Positions 25,320 to 38,768 are shown, counted from the whole stretch's first letter. The stretch is 63,984 bases of DNA, filler included, from Octopus bimaculoides (GCF_001194135.2; 4 parts of 4 records of this genome joined end to end with filler, not necessarily neighbours in it), one strand, 5' to 3'. Notes: generated by a model not told the origin, from the letters alone. A program made the numbers and translations.

Positions 25320-27455
25320 CCAAGAAAGAAAACTACAGATTCCATTTTCCCCGTGAGACAGCTGCAGGAGAAGTATCTGGCCAAAAGTAAATCATTGTAC
25401 TTGGCTTTTGCTGACCTGGAGAAAGTTTTTCACAGAGATCTTTGTTCTGTTATCTGGTAGTCTCTAAGGAAGTTAAGAGTAGAAGAGTGGCTCATTAGAG
25501 CTGTACAAGCCATGTATAACAGTGCTGTTGGTAGGGAGCGAATCAGCCATGAGTACAGTAATGAATTTAGTGTACAAGTAGGGGTTCACCAGGGCTCAGT
25601 TCTCAGTCCACATCTATTCATCATAGTCCTCCAGGCCACAACAAAGGAATTTAAAACTGGCTGCCTATAGGAACTACTATATGCTAATGACCTCACTCTT
25701 ATAGCAGAATCTGTAGTAGAAACGGAGAAGAAATTTCAGGTATGGAAGTAAAACCTGGAATCAAAGGGCCTTAAAGTTAAGCTAGCAAAGACCAAAGTTG
25801 TTAGCAAGAAAGCAGATAAGACTATCTTTCCATCAGGTAAATGTTCCACTCAGTATGTAGGAAAGGTGTTGGAAGAAATTCTATTTGTTGCACCCAGTGC
25901 AAGCTATGGACAATAAGAGATGTAGTGGATTCACAGATAGTTAACAGAGAAAGTCATCTTTGTACAAGGCAGATGTGAGGAAGAATAAGCACAAAGGACA
26001 CACGGGGATTGGGCTCTCTCAAATGCTCGGGAACTTCCCTCAATGTTGTAGATAGTTTCTTTTACTTAGGTGACCAAATTAGCTGTGATGGAGGATGTTC
26101 TGAAAGTATCGCTGTTAGACTAAGAATAGGATGGAAGACGTTCAGAGGACTACTACCTCTGTTGGCAACAAAAGAGCTTTCTCTCAGTGTGAAAAACAGA
26201 TTGCATGATGCTTGTGTATGAAGAGCTATACTTTATGGTACTGAGACATAGGCCCTGAATGCAGAAGACATGCGTATACTAGAGAGGAATGAAGCTAGTA
26301 TACTCTGATGGATATACATCAGTGTGCATGGATGACAAAATGCAAATGTGCAGAGAGAAAAATTGGGTATAAGAGGAATCAGATGCAGCATGCAAGAGAG
26401 AAGACTATGCTGGTTAGGACATGTGATGAAGACAGTTGTATAAAGCAGTGCCAATCGCTTAAAGTGGATTGCACTTGTGGGAGAGAGAGAGACTCAGGAA
26501 GATATGGGATGAAGTAGTGAAGGGAAATCTCAAGATGACAATGGACCAAGATGTCTGACAATATGAGTTTCTTGAGAAGACCCACTCACCTCAGTGAAGC
26601 TGAGTTCTGGAAGCACTGTGTGTTCCACCCACATGTAACATTAAATCTTTCACACACCCTACCCCAAGAAGCGAATCTACATCTCTCCTTCTCTTCCTCA
26701 CATCTCCTCTTCTTCATGTACTAAGCATATCTCTTCCTCCCCACTCTTTCAGCCTAATTCTGTCTTCTCTGCTCTACTGTCTGTATCACTACTATCCTGT
26801 CATCCCCCCTATATACACAGATTTTACCAGTCACTGCATCTTCCCATCTCCTTTTGCATTCACTGAACCCTACTCACACACCTTGGCAATCTTCTGCCAT
26901 CCCAATTATATTCACATCCTCATACCTCAAGAGTATGCTCTGGCACATTTCCACAATCTCTCTTACTCTCTCTCTCTCACTTTTTCTCCCTCTCACTTTT
27001 GTCTTGTTCTCTTTCTCATTCTCTCTCTCTCTTTTGCTCACTCTCTCTTGTTCATACTCTTCCTCTGACTGGGTTAACCATGTATCTCCTCAATAGCAGG
27101 GCACCTGTTTCTATTCCTCTATCATACTCTAATCGCACATCACCTGGCACAAAGTCACCTCCTTCAATATCCCACCCCCTTGTCAAAGGATCTTTGCCTT
27201 GCAAGTTACTTGGTGACCTCACTAGTGTTGGTGCCATAAAAAATCATTCAGTCCACTCTGCAAAGTGGTTGATGTTTGGAAGGGCATTCAGCCATAAAAA
27301 CCATGCCACAGCAGACCTCACCAGTGCTGGGTTTTCGTGAAAAGCACCCAGTCCATTCTGAAAAGTGGTTGGCATTAAAAAGGGCATCCATCTGAAAAAC
27401 ATGCTAAAATAGACAGTGAAGCTTGGTAATGTCCTCTGGCTTCCCAGCTCCTGTC
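25320..27455 (+). mobile_element. 5'-truncated RTE-clade LINE (RT remnant to about 26580 plus pyrimidine-rich 3' UTR and tail)
   Basis: TTDSIFPVRQLQEKY..LAFADLEKVF, GVHQGSVLSPHLF, LLYANDL, YLGDQI, LYGTET motifs with stops; 3' tail AAGGGCATTCAGCC shared with 33250-34010. Confidence 0.88.
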
Positions 27456-27653
27456 ATCTTCAACAAGAATTTAGACTCAGAGTGCAAAGACAGATGAAAT
27501 GCTACTGAGATGCACTACAATTACAATGAACTCCAAATTATGTGGTTACAAAGTGAATTTTTTTGATTCATAAAATTATATTTTTGGATGATTAAATTTG
27601 AGTTCTACACAGAAAAAAATATATTTCACTGCACCTGTGAATGTAATTGGAAA

Positions 27654-27684
<31 letters not shown>

Positions 27685-28044
27685 NNNNNNNNNNNNNNNN
27701 NNNNNNNNNNNNNNNNNNNNNNNNNNNNNNNNNNNNNNNNNNNNNNNNNNNNNNNNNNNNNNNNNNNNNNNNNNNNNNNNNNNNNNNNNNNNNNNNNNNN
27801 NNNNNNNNNNNNNNNNNNNNNNNNNNNNNNNNNNNNNNNNNNNNNNNNNNNNNNNNNNNNNNNNNNNNNNNNNNNNNNNNNNNNNNNNNNNNNNNNNNNN
27901 NNNNNNNNNNNNNNNNNNNNNNNNNNNNNNNNNNNNNNNNNNNNNNNNNNNNNNNNNNNNNNNNNNNNNNNNNNNNNNNNNNNNNNNNNNNNNNNNNNNN
28001 NNNNNNNNNNNNNTATATATATATATATGTCTGTATACATATAT

Positions 28045-28202
28045 ACGACGGGCTTCTTTCAGTTTCCGTCTACCAAATCCACTCACAAGGCTTTGGTCGA
28101 CCCAAGGCTATAGTAGAAGACACTTGCCCAAGGTGCCACACAGTGGGACTGAACCCGGAACCATGTGGTTCATAAGCAAGCTTCTTACCACACAGCCACT
28201 CC
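28045..28202 (-). mobile_element. SINE family A, 5' half (rest in gap)
   Basis: Matches 23120-23280. Confidence 0.88.
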
Positions 28203-28558
28203 TGTTTCCACAAGAATTTTTAGGTAATATAATGAACCTTTTGAAGAACAGAATAAACCTCAAGAATAAAACTCAGAATAAGAGTTAGAATGGATTTTAA
28301 AAATAAAATTGCACTAAGTGTTTTAAAGTTAATTAATAATAGATTTCTTGTTTTAAAGTGTAACTATGAACTGTGCTATCTATTAAAAGGAAAAGCAAAA
28401 AACAACTATGAATAAAAATTACTTTATACCAGTTGGTGATATAAAACATTTATAAATTCCCAGATATATATATGATTTTTGCTACAATCATATATTGGTG
28501 TATCATAATTTACCTGTTATGGTATATATGTAAATAAATTGAATGGAAGAGGTCATTG

Positions 28559-28749
28559 AGTTCTACAACACTTTCAAAAGCACATTGGATGTATGTTACA
28601 TAACATTACAAATGTCCTGCAACTGTCCAGTGTATTTTCTCCAAGTAGAAAGGCTGCATTTACCGGATGAGCAAACACACTACATTTATGGGAGATTCAT
28701 AATGTTACATAACATACATAAAATGTGCTTTTGAAACACTTGTAGAACT
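28559..28749. mobile_element. MITE-like element with ~50-bp imperfect terminal inverted repeats
   Basis: AGTTCTACAACACTTTCAAAAGCACATT..ATGTATGTTACATAACATTA versus reverse complement of the right arm AGTTCTACAAGTGTTTCAAAAGCACATT..ATGTATGTTATGTAACATTA. Confidence 0.7.
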
Positions 28750-29600
28750 AAACAACCTTTTTCATTCCATTTATTTACAGATTTGATGATCACATTTTTA
28801 GCAACCTTTGTTGCTTTTGAATTGGATTTGTATAGTACCTATCATTTTAGAATTTTCTGTCTGATCTTGATATTGGGTGAACTGTATTTGACACATTGAT
28901 TAATAAACTTATTGATCAATTATCACGTCATCTGTCATCTCTGTGTTCTCTATACAAGCTGTGTTTTCGTTTGAAACCAAGAAATTGTATCTTACCACAG
29001 TCACTTGACTGACCCTTTCACATACATACATACATACATGCACACACACACACATATATGTATATGTATACACACATACATACACACATACACACACAAA
29101 TACATGCACATTTGGTATACAATATAACAATATAATATGAATGAATATTTACTGTGAAGTATCTTTTGTTTTAAATTATATCTGCCTTTGACCAAAAAAT
29201 TCCACTGTGAATGGAGTGTACTGAAAATGAATTTTTATCAAATATAAACAAAACAAATGTGATAAATTATATGATAATGAATTGGTTTCTGGGTACAATT
29301 ATCTTTTTGCAGTCTCAAATTGTTTTCCATTTATGGGGTTTCATTACTGAAAATATAGTTGCTAATTTTAATGTCCCTCTTATTTGATTATTTAAATTAT
29401 AGTTATAATTTTTTAATGTTTTTATTCATTATATTGCTGATGAATTTTATGACTAATTTGCAAGACTTTGAATTATCATTTGACTTGTTGAAGTTAAAAA
29501 TAATTCATAGAATAGAATTCCTACTTGTCACATATATCTCTGTCAACATACATTGGTAAAGCAATGTTTTTTTGTTGTTTTTTTTTTTAAAGAAATATAG

Positions 29601-29645
29601 ATCTCCTTTTCACATGACTACTAAAACATCAGTTCTTCGTCTCCA
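29601..29645 (+). CDS. Candidate internal exon of unidentified gene (SPFHMTTKTSVLRL)
   Basis: T-rich tract + TAG acceptor, CA|GTGAGT donor, only one open frame, phase 2/2. Confidence 0.5.
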
Positions 29646-30929
29646 GTGAGTTACATTAATTTATGTGGTGAGAGTTACTTAAAAAGAATGGATCTCATTT
29701 ATTCAACAACATATTTACACCTATTTAGTTTTTGTAATAAAACCTTTTGAAATTGTCAGTGAATAATGAAACTATAACATTTCATATTTCCAATAATGAA
29801 ATAGAGAAAAAGAAAAAAACAATTATGACAGCAAGTTTCTAGTTTCATTGAAAGTATGCAACATTAACAACCACAAAGATCAGTTTTATGCAAACATAAT
29901 AAAGTAATGTGTTCAGTTATGAAATCATTCTGTTTGACTTGCTGAAAATTTGAAATGCGGTTACAGTTTTTTTTTAAATGAAGATGTAACTACAAACCCA
30001 AACAAAATATATTTACAGAACTTATGTTTATATGTGATAAGGGGAAAAGGTACTAACTCATGTTTTGCTTTACCTCTCTCTCTTTTCTCTTTTGTATATT
30101 CTCCCACACTGTTATTTTCTCTCATTTTCTTCCCTTTTCTTTGCCTCTTAGTTTCTTCATTAGTTAGTAATAAAGAGATAGAAAATGATAGAAAAACTAT
30201 GCAACACCAAACAAAACAGCCCATATATAGAAAAGTCTCCCTTGGCCTTCATCAGTGATGATCCAACAATTCATTAAGGGATTATAGGACTCCTTAATTG
30301 TGTGTTTATGTATAATGCATGATAATGATTATCTCTTAACAGATATATACAGACCAGTGCCTGTGCACTTACCTGTTGACATAGATTTGTATATGTGTTT
30401 GTATGGAGAGTAACCTGTTAACATAGTTTTGTATATGAGCATATATGAGTGTGTGTGTGGAGTGTAATCTTTTGAATTGCCACATAGTTTCTTTCTCTTA
30501 CTTTCTCCTTCATTAGTTCCTTTTATCAGTCCCTAATTTTATCCCATGGAAGATGTAATGCACACAGTTTCTCTCACTTTCTCTGTCACATTCACTTATT
30601 TCTTTATCTCCACTTCCCCATTCACCTCTGCAGTTGCACATTAAATGTTTTGATTCATTTGCACTAAGACATGCAAGAGACTTAACATACACATATATGT
30701 ATTTGTATATGTGTACATCAATGTGTATATTTTATATACATACATACATACAAACAAACAGACAGACAGACAGACAGATAAATAGATAGATATAGATAGA
30801 TCGATACTAACAGTAACATACAATCTTAAAAGGAGGGACTTGTTGCCAGAGACTTCACTTCAAACTGTATAATCTCTTTACCCAAATTATGAACCACCTC
30901 CAAGTGGTTATCTCTTAGTATCATATATA

Positions 30930-31250
30930 TCATCATTATCATCATCATTTAACGTCCCTTGGATGGTTTGGCCAGAGCTGGGAAGCTGGAAGGCTCTATG
31001 AGACTCTACTCTGATTTGGCATGGTTTCTACGGCTGGATGCCCTTCCTAACACCAACCACTCCAAGAATGTAATGGGTGCTATTTACATACCAGCAGCAC
31101 AGGCACCATTTACATCTCACACACACATAATATAATCATCACCATCATCATCCTCATTTAACATCCACTTTTTCATGTTTGCATGGGTCAGATGAAATTT
31201 GTTGAAGCAGATTTTCTATGGTTAGTTGCCTTTCCTGTCATCAACTATCA
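30930..31250 (-). mobile_element. Two RTE-tail-type short retroposon fragments with (ATG)n tails
   Basis: CATCATCATTTAACGTCC...GGTTTCTACGGCTGGATGCCCTTCC is the reverse complement of the tails at 27270-27310 and 33880-34010. Confidence 0.7.
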
Positions 31251-31861
31251 TATATATAATATTCCATTATACTAATTAAACATAATCCTGTAATTATTTT
31301 ATACACATGCACATAATTATGTACATTCATACATACATGCATACATATATACAATTATACATCTAGCTATTCATTAGTAAAAACAGTTATAACACATCCA
31401 AGCAAGCATTCATCTGTTAAAATAGAATTGAAAGGCTCCCTGTTAATCTTGGAGGTTTGCTCTCTTTCACTGTTTGGTTTCACTAAAATCTGCCTCACTC
31501 ATATTTTTTACTAAATCCATCAGCAGATTTGAAAACTAATTGCAAAATCCTGTAAATTTAAATCATTAGATACTGAGTTAATTACTTCAGTAGTTAAGAC
31601 AATGCTCAAAGAAGATATTATCATGCCAAGAAATGATCCATTCCAGCAATCAAAAATGCATGTTATTAATGATAACTCAAAAGAAGGTTAGTAATTGACT
31701 ACATCAAAACTATTAATAAATCCACATGTTTAGAGAGTTCAGTTAGCCAAATATCTTCTTGCAAGCTATTTAGTACTATCGGCTTACATAGGCAGATGTT
31801 CAAGTATTTCAGTTTCAAGGTTATTGTTAGTCTTACAAATGGAACTGTGTGTTTTCAATCG

Positions 31862-32270
31862 TGCAGGTGCGGCTGTGTAGTAAGAAGTTTGCTTCCCAAC
31901 CACATGGTTCTAAGTTTGGTTCCATTGCATGACATCTTGGGAAAGTGTCCTCTACTATAGTCTCAGGCCAACCAAAGCTCTGTGAGTGGATTTGGTAGAT
32001 GGAAATGGAAAGAAGCTCATCATATATATATATATGTGTGTATGTGTGTGTGTGTGTGTGTGTCTTCGTAACTGTTTGTCTGTCACCACTGCCTGATAAT
32101 TGGTGTTGGTGTGTTTACATCCCTGTTTGGCAGAAGAGACCAATAGGATAAAGTATCAGGCTTTAAAAAAATAACTACTGGGGTTGATTCATTCAACTAA
32201 AATTCTTCAGGACAGTGCCCCAGCATGACCACAGTTTAATGACTTAAACATGTAAAAGATGAAAGATAAA
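31862..32270 (+). mobile_element. SINE family A, old CpG-decayed copy
   Basis: Alignment to other copies. Confidence 0.85.
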
Positions 32271-32671
32271 AACAAACTGGAGAGTATATATGTCTATTTA
32301 GATGACGCCATCAAAGATAAACAAAACAAAAATCTAAATTCTTAAAAGTCAAAGAAATCCAATATGACACAGAATAATGATAAGTGTAAATTTTCAGGAA
32401 ATTCAAAATTCTGTTTTCTAGATGATCGAATTCATTCTCACTTAACATTCACTTTTCCATGTTTGCATGGAATTTGCAGATGGAATTTGTTGAGGCAGAT
32501 TTTTCTATAAACAGATGCCCTTCGAAGATTAGAAATGAAGTATACCACTTGCATGAGGGTGACATTTATTTACAACTATCACATGAAGTCAAGGCAAAAG
32601 AACAGTGACAGGTTCTTTCATACATACAGACACACACGTATATATATACATATAAATATACACATATATAA

Positions 32672-32751
<80 letters not shown>

Positions 32752-33011
32752 GATGGACTCTCCTGTTGAAGACAACATATGAGCATTCAGCTTTTGCTGA
32801 ATGACCTGCACAAATGATTTGTTATGAAAACATGAGGTGAAGTGGTGAGAAACGATCTTCAGATTTTGAGACTTACAGAGGAGATGATAAGGGACCAAAA
32901 CTTTTGGCAATTTGCTGTGCTTGAGGAGATAAATCAAAGTAAATAAAATCATGGCCATCCATACCTACAGGCATGTCCTTTACAGCCACACACGCCATCA
33001 CACACACATAT

Positions 33012-33240
33012 GGCGGCAGCTGGCAGAAACGTTAGCACGCCGGGCGAAATGCTTAGCAGTATTTCATCTGCCGCTACATTCTGAGTTCAAATTCCGCCAA
33101 GGTCGACTTTGCCTTTCATCCTTTCGGGGTCGATTAAATAAGTACCAGTTATGCACTGGGGTTGATATAATCGACTTAATCCTTTCGTCTTTCCTTGTTT
33201 GTCCCCTCTGTGTGTAGCCCCTTGTGGGTAGTAAAGAAAT
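33012..33240 (+). mobile_element. tRNA-derived SINE family C, young copy
   Basis: GGCGGCAGCTGGCAGAAACGTTAGC..GAGTTCAAATTCC..GTCGACTTTGCCTTTCATCCTTTCGGGGTCGA; inverse copy at 34059-34289. Confidence 0.9.
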
Positions 33241-33249
33241 AACACACAC

Positions 33250-34010
33250 ATGCACACACTCACACACACATTCTGTTCTCTGTCAAAACTCCCCCGCAAC
33301 CCATCTTCCCAACATCTATCTCATTCCACTGCCCATCATCCCCAGTCACTCCAGGTCACTCCACTCTCCCTCACTTGTCTCTTCATGCCCTCACATATAT
33401 CTACCATACCTCACCACACAGTCACTCCAATTTCTCTCACCATCTCTTGATACAGTTACTTCTTCCCCACCTCTAAACATCTCTCCTCACACTCTTATGG
33501 AACATCCACCTCTATCCCATCTGAATCACTTATATTCCCCTCATTATTCCCCTTGGATAGATCTCAATGCATCTCCAACATCATCAATTTTTCTCTTTCT
33601 CTCACTCTATCTCTCTATCTTTCTCTCTAACTCTATCTCTCCTTCTTTCTACTGGGGTAGCCAAGTATCTCCTCTATAGTAAGACACCTATCTCTATCCC
33701 TCTCTTATACTCAACTTCTCACTTGACAAAAAGCCACTTCCTTCAGTTCCACTCCCCTCCTAGCCCAGAGGTCTTTGTCTTGCAAGTTACTTGGCAACTT
33801 CACTGGTGTTGGTGCCATGTAAAAAAAAACACCAGTGCTGGTACCACATGAAAAGCACTCAGTACACTCTATAGAGTGGTGGGCATTAGGAAGAGCACCC
33901 AACCATAGAAACCACTCCAAAGCAGACAATGGAGCCTGATGCAGCTCACTCGTTTGCCAGCTGCTGTCAAACCATCCAACCCATGCCAGCATGAAAAACA
34001 ATCATTAAAT
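33250..34010 (+). mobile_element. RTE-type LINE 3' UTR/tail fragment
   Basis: Pyrimidine-rich tract then CTTGCAAGTTACTTGG..GGTGCC..AAAAGCAC..GTGGTGGGCATTAGGAAG, similar to 27190-27420. Confidence 0.7.
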
Positions 34011-34058
34011 AAACAAAAAAACACACACACACACACATAACTTGCTTCTTTCAGTTTC

Positions 34059-34289
34059 TTATTTTTTTATTGCCCACAAGGGGCTAAACATAGAGGGGAC
34101 AAACGAGGACAGACAAAGGGATTAAATCGATTACATCGACCCCAGTGCATAACTGGTACTTAATTTATCGACCCCGAAAGGATGAAAGGCAAAGTCGACC
34201 TCGGTGGAATTTGAACTCAAAGCGTAACGGCAGACGAAATACCGCTAAGCATTTCGCCTGGCGTGCTAACGTTTCTGCCATCTCGCTGC
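34059..34289 (-). mobile_element. SINE family C inserted into a family A SINE, 11-bp TSD
   Basis: TSD CTTTCAGTTTC at 34048-34058 and 34290-34300. Confidence 0.9.
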
Positions 34290-34440
34290 CTTTCAGTTTC
34301 TGTCTACCAAATTCACTCACAAGGCTTTTGTCAGCCCACTGCTATAGTTGAAGACTTGCCCAGAGTGCAACGCAGTGGGACTGAACCTGGAACCATGTGG
34401 TTAGGAAGCAAACTTCTTACCACAGAACCACACCTGCACC
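34290..34440 (-). mobile_element. SINE family A, 5' half (host of family C insertion)
   Basis: Alignment to other copies. Confidence 0.85.
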
Positions 34441-34853
34441 TATAGTCATAACAAATTGTGCCCTGATCCTCTAACATTTAATTCATTTAAAGAAACACCC
34501 AAGCCTACTAATACTATCTTATATGAGGGGTGGGTCACTTTGTCTATTATTCTCAATGAGTTCCTCAATTCTCGGAATGAATAAGAACTCTGTTTCCACT
34601 CTTAGAAGAAGCTGTAACTTCAATCAGTAACTTAAAATCCTGTCAAAGCTAAAGTAGATGAAGAAATGACATTTATCATCAAAACAAACCTCTGAGAGGC
34701 TGCCATCTTAATCAAAATGGTAGGCCTGCAGCTTTCTTTTTTTTTTGGTCACTAAATTCTGCTGAGAAAGAAACAGCTTATACCATAGTTGAGGCTGTCA
34801 AAAAGCGGTGCCATTTTCTTTTAAGCAAATGATTTACTCTGGTGATTCTTCAG

Positions 34854-35004
34854 GAATCTATTTGAATTTAAAGACAAATGGGAGACTAAAATCAGAAAAT
34901 ATCACAATGATGATTGTTACAAAATCTTTCATAATCCTAGATTCCTTAATGTTGCAAATAATGATCTATCATATTCATTTTGGAATGCTACTGTGCAAAG
35001 TTAA
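34854..35004 (+). CDS. Candidate terminal coding exon of unidentified gene (NLFEFKDKWETKIRKYHNDDCYKIFHNPRFLNVANNDLSYSFWNATVQS*)
   Basis: ttcttcag|G acceptor phase-compatible with 29601-29645 (CA|G = Gln); protein-like composition; AATAAA at 35325-35330 followed by U-rich tract. No family recognised. Confidence 0.45.
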
Positions 35005-36790
35005 TCTCTTAGAACTCCACAAGTCTCTCAGGCCATCCTGGCATTACAAGACTGATGCAGTTCACTTAAGTACAAGATCGTGTGCATTCAGCAGACAACA
35101 TCAAACATATTTCTGGATGCTATATTTGTCTATATTAAAACCTTTGAGTCTGTAATTTTCATCATCTCTACTAAACAGCAGTTGATATTTAATTGCAATG
35201 ATGTTTGCCATCATCTATTTTACCATTTTTTTCCTTTTGTCACAACATTTCTTTGTTATTTATCATTTGTTGCTAGATAATGTTATTTTCTGTTTTCAGT
35301 TTACTTACTCATGTAACCAAGTTCAATAAACTTTCTTCGTGTTTTTCAAACTGAAATATTCCTCACATGATAGAGATATTCTGCTTAACCATTCAACTTC
35401 TTGCCAAATGTGATGGGAGCATTATCTTGGTATCATCTAGATAACTATTATTAGAATAGTGGTAAAATATTATAATCTGTTCTCATATAAATTCATGTTT
35501 TTTTCTTCCATTTATTTTGATCCTTTCTAATGTTATCTAAATTATCAGAAAATTATCATTGTAGTGTTTTGTTTTTTTAGTGTCAAGTAGAAAAAAAAAA
35601 AATAATGAACAAATTTTTTTAACAACCCAGCACTTATCTGTCCATAAGAACCTGTTCTGCTTTATTCCTTACATTTAAGGCAATTTCTAATTGTGTATAC
35701 CTACAAACTTAGCACCTCATGAATATCTCTTCATCAATTCAGGAAAAATGGCTCAGAACAAGTATACCAACAGGACTTTCCTCACCATAGAGACTCCATA
35801 GACAAGGTGCATCTGTAATAAAAACAACCCTTTAATCCAGGATGTTAAACTATTAAAATCAAATCCCCAACATGCTCACTTTTATTTTCTCAGATGTCAA
35901 GAATATATTATAAAAATTTTGACTTTCTTATTTCTTACTCATTTTTCAAGTATTAAAGGCAATTATCCTTATACCATAACAAAAGCTATGCTATGACATA
36001 ATTAAATTTGATTACGAATGAAAATTATTTCTTGTAGCTCATTAAATGAAGTCACCTACTTAGTTATTGACAAGAGCGTGTATTACTTCTTACGAGACAA
36101 GATCTAAATTTTAAAGAGTTATCATTATGACAATAGCTCTTACATCAAATTATTTACTTATTTCATGTCTTGTGTGGTACATAGAATAATTGACTTTTCT
36201 CTATCAAAGCAGCAATCAGTAGGTAAGTTGTAACACTAAACTATAGCAATGTGGAAGATTGGAATATCAATGATATCAATAATTCTATAGTTCATTACTG
36301 CTAAGGCCATGCTGGAGCACTTATTTTAATAGGTGTGCACAAACTTTTTGTTAATTACTGTCTTTTTGATTTCTTTTGAAGAAAAACCATTTTACCTGTA
36401 GAAAAGGTTAACTTGATAGAAAAACAAAAAGATACCATTAAACAGGGAAATGAAACAGGGCTTTCATTAAATACTGGGGAAAATATTGGTTACAAATGTC
36501 TGCTTCCTTTATCATTTTTAGATCTATAAGCACAAAACATTATGATTTCTGCAAGATCTCTAGAAATTTCATTATTAATATATTTCTATACAACTTAATT
36601 CTAACACACAACTTTAGAAACACCTGGTTAAGTTTTGTATTAATTATTTGCTATTTTCAACATGAATCCAATTTAAGAAACATCTTCCAATGTTAGAAAC
36701 ACACTCAAATACAACTCAAGACAAGAAGTGGAAGGCTTACTCCAAATTTGTAACATTTCAATTATACATGTCATTAGTAACAAAGATCAG

Positions 36791-36990
36791 GGTGGTGAGA
36801 TGGCAGAATCATTAGTATGCCTGACAAAATGCTTAATGGCATTTCATCCCTCTTACCATTCTGAGTTCAAATTCTGCTGAGGTCACCCTTGCTTTTCATC
36901 TTTTAGAGTCAATAAAATAAGTATCAGTTTAACATTCATGTCAATGCAATTAATTGAAATTGCTGGCTTTGTGCCAAAATTTGAAATCAT
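36791..36990 (+). mobile_element. SINE family C, old copy with alternative tail
   Basis: Head and core align; CpG-decayed; tail AATTGCTGGCTTTGTGCCAAAATTTGAAA. Confidence 0.8.
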
Positions 36991-37041
36991 TATTAACAGA
37001 GATGAATTTTTGCTTAATTTTTCATAGGAAGAGTAATATAT

Positions 37042-37232
37042 TTAACTGTTTAGCAATCAGATTATTCTGTCAATTGTAATGCTTATGTATTTACATTGTT
37101 TAGTATTAATCTTGCATAATCTCATAGCTTTCAGATTTATAATGTAATTGTAGGGTAGTTGTAAGAGATTGAATCTAGTCAATTTGAACATAAAACAAAT
37201 TGAATATTTGGGCCTGATATAGCAGGTTTAAA
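37042..37232. mobile_element. TTAA-flanked (piggyBac-like) MITE fragment; related 3' half at 43655-43742
   Basis: Shared TTTGAACATAAAACAAAT.GAATATTT..GCC.GATAT.GC.GGTTTAAATG; terminus AATGCTAAAGGG|TTAA at 43742. Confidence 0.5.
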
Positions 37233-37809
37233 TGGTGGTGGTGGTGGTGATTGTGATGATGAGGATGATGATAATGATGATGATGGTGATTTTTATGCTT
37301 TTATTAGTATCTGAACATATTTCATTATTTGCCTTTGAAAATCAGAGCAACAGCTGTTATTATCGACATCTGATGAGAATAAAATATATACAACAAAAAC
37401 GATGTGAACCTAAAAATAGAGTAATTTAGAATGGAGATACACACATACAAAAAATATAAATTATTAAATAACAAATGTATGAAAAGAAACTGTTTCATAA
37501 AATTCAATTAATATCTACCAACTTTGAAAAATGGTTTAACTCTTTTTATACTAGTCTGCTTGAGACTGACCCTGGGTCTGTGATACCAACTTGGGATCTC
37601 AATTAAAACCTTCTATCAAAATTTTATGTTAATTTATGCTAGCTTAAAAATCACAAAAATTATACTAATTTCTTCATTATTTTAAAAATTGATTGAAACA
37701 AAGGCAATGTATTTTAACAGGAATGTGGTTACAAAATGGTTAACTAGTTAAAAAGACAAACTGACTTCACTTACCAAGGATATGTTATTTCTAAAACTAA
37801 ATTTGCACC

Positions 37810-38768
37810 CCTGTGAAGTTAGTCTTTTCCCCTAGATGCATCGTGTGTCTACCAGAAGATGTTACTATGTCTGAATTTAGGAAATCAGCAAAGCATTCTC
37901 ACCACTCCACAAAGATGTTCTTCTCCATATGGAGAAGAACCCTGGAGAAGTTCTTAATGGAAAGTATAAAAGTGGACTTCTCTTTGCAAAGTCAATGGAT
38001 GGTCTGCCAGAATACTTTATTAGACTGATCTAATGTCAGAGTCCCGCATAATCCTAAAATCCACCCATGATTTAGCCTTGGATATTTTACTGTCTCTGCT
38101 GCAACTTTTCATGTCTCAATGTACTGCACAGTGCTGGATTAACCATAAGGCAAAATAAACACGTGCTTAAGACATCAAGGGAAGGGTGAGAGTACCAGAG
38201 AAATGGTAAATGATTTACAGCACAAAAGAAATCACTTTAAATTTGCTAAAATAATATTCGAAATACAATATAGGAGTATTCATGACATCATAGTGAGTAT
38301 CTGATCAAAGACTTTGCCATTAAAATAAGTAGAAAACTTTACAATTATAAATAAAGTGGAAGTATACAAAAATAAACATTTCTTTCTGACTGTTAGTTTT
38401 GTTTCATTCTGAAAAATAATTTATTTTATGGTTTATTATTGTTTATATTTTGAATTACATGTATCTAGGGACACCAAAATCTTGTAAGTGCTTAGGGCCT
38501 CTATGATACTGCATGTGCAAAAGGGAGACTTGTTTCCAGTGGTTAAATGCTGCAGGAAAGGATTACAATGCAGATTCTTCAAGCTGAACCAACTGGTAGG
38601 AAGCTTAAGGATAGACCAAGAGAAAGGTGGTTGGACAATATCCATAGTCACAATTGGAAACCTAACAGGAGATGGCTGCTTTTCATAGGACCCTATGCGA
38701 GGAGGTGACTGAGAACTCCACCCCCAACAAACCTTACCAGAATTGTGGGCATCAAAGATGGATGGATG
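37810..38768 (+). mobile_element. Internally deleted RTE-like LINE insertion with 12-bp TSD
   Basis: TSD TAAATTTGCACC at 37798-37809 and 38769-38780; 3' end QILQAEPTGRKLKDRPRERWLDNI and (GATG)n tail; weak endonuclease-like remnant at 5' end. Confidence 0.7.

Noticed and set aside
37775-37810. 36-nt minus-strand exon with good acceptor and GTAAGT donor
   Set aside because: The acceptor lies inside the RTE insertion and the exon overlaps its TSD; no partner exons were found.
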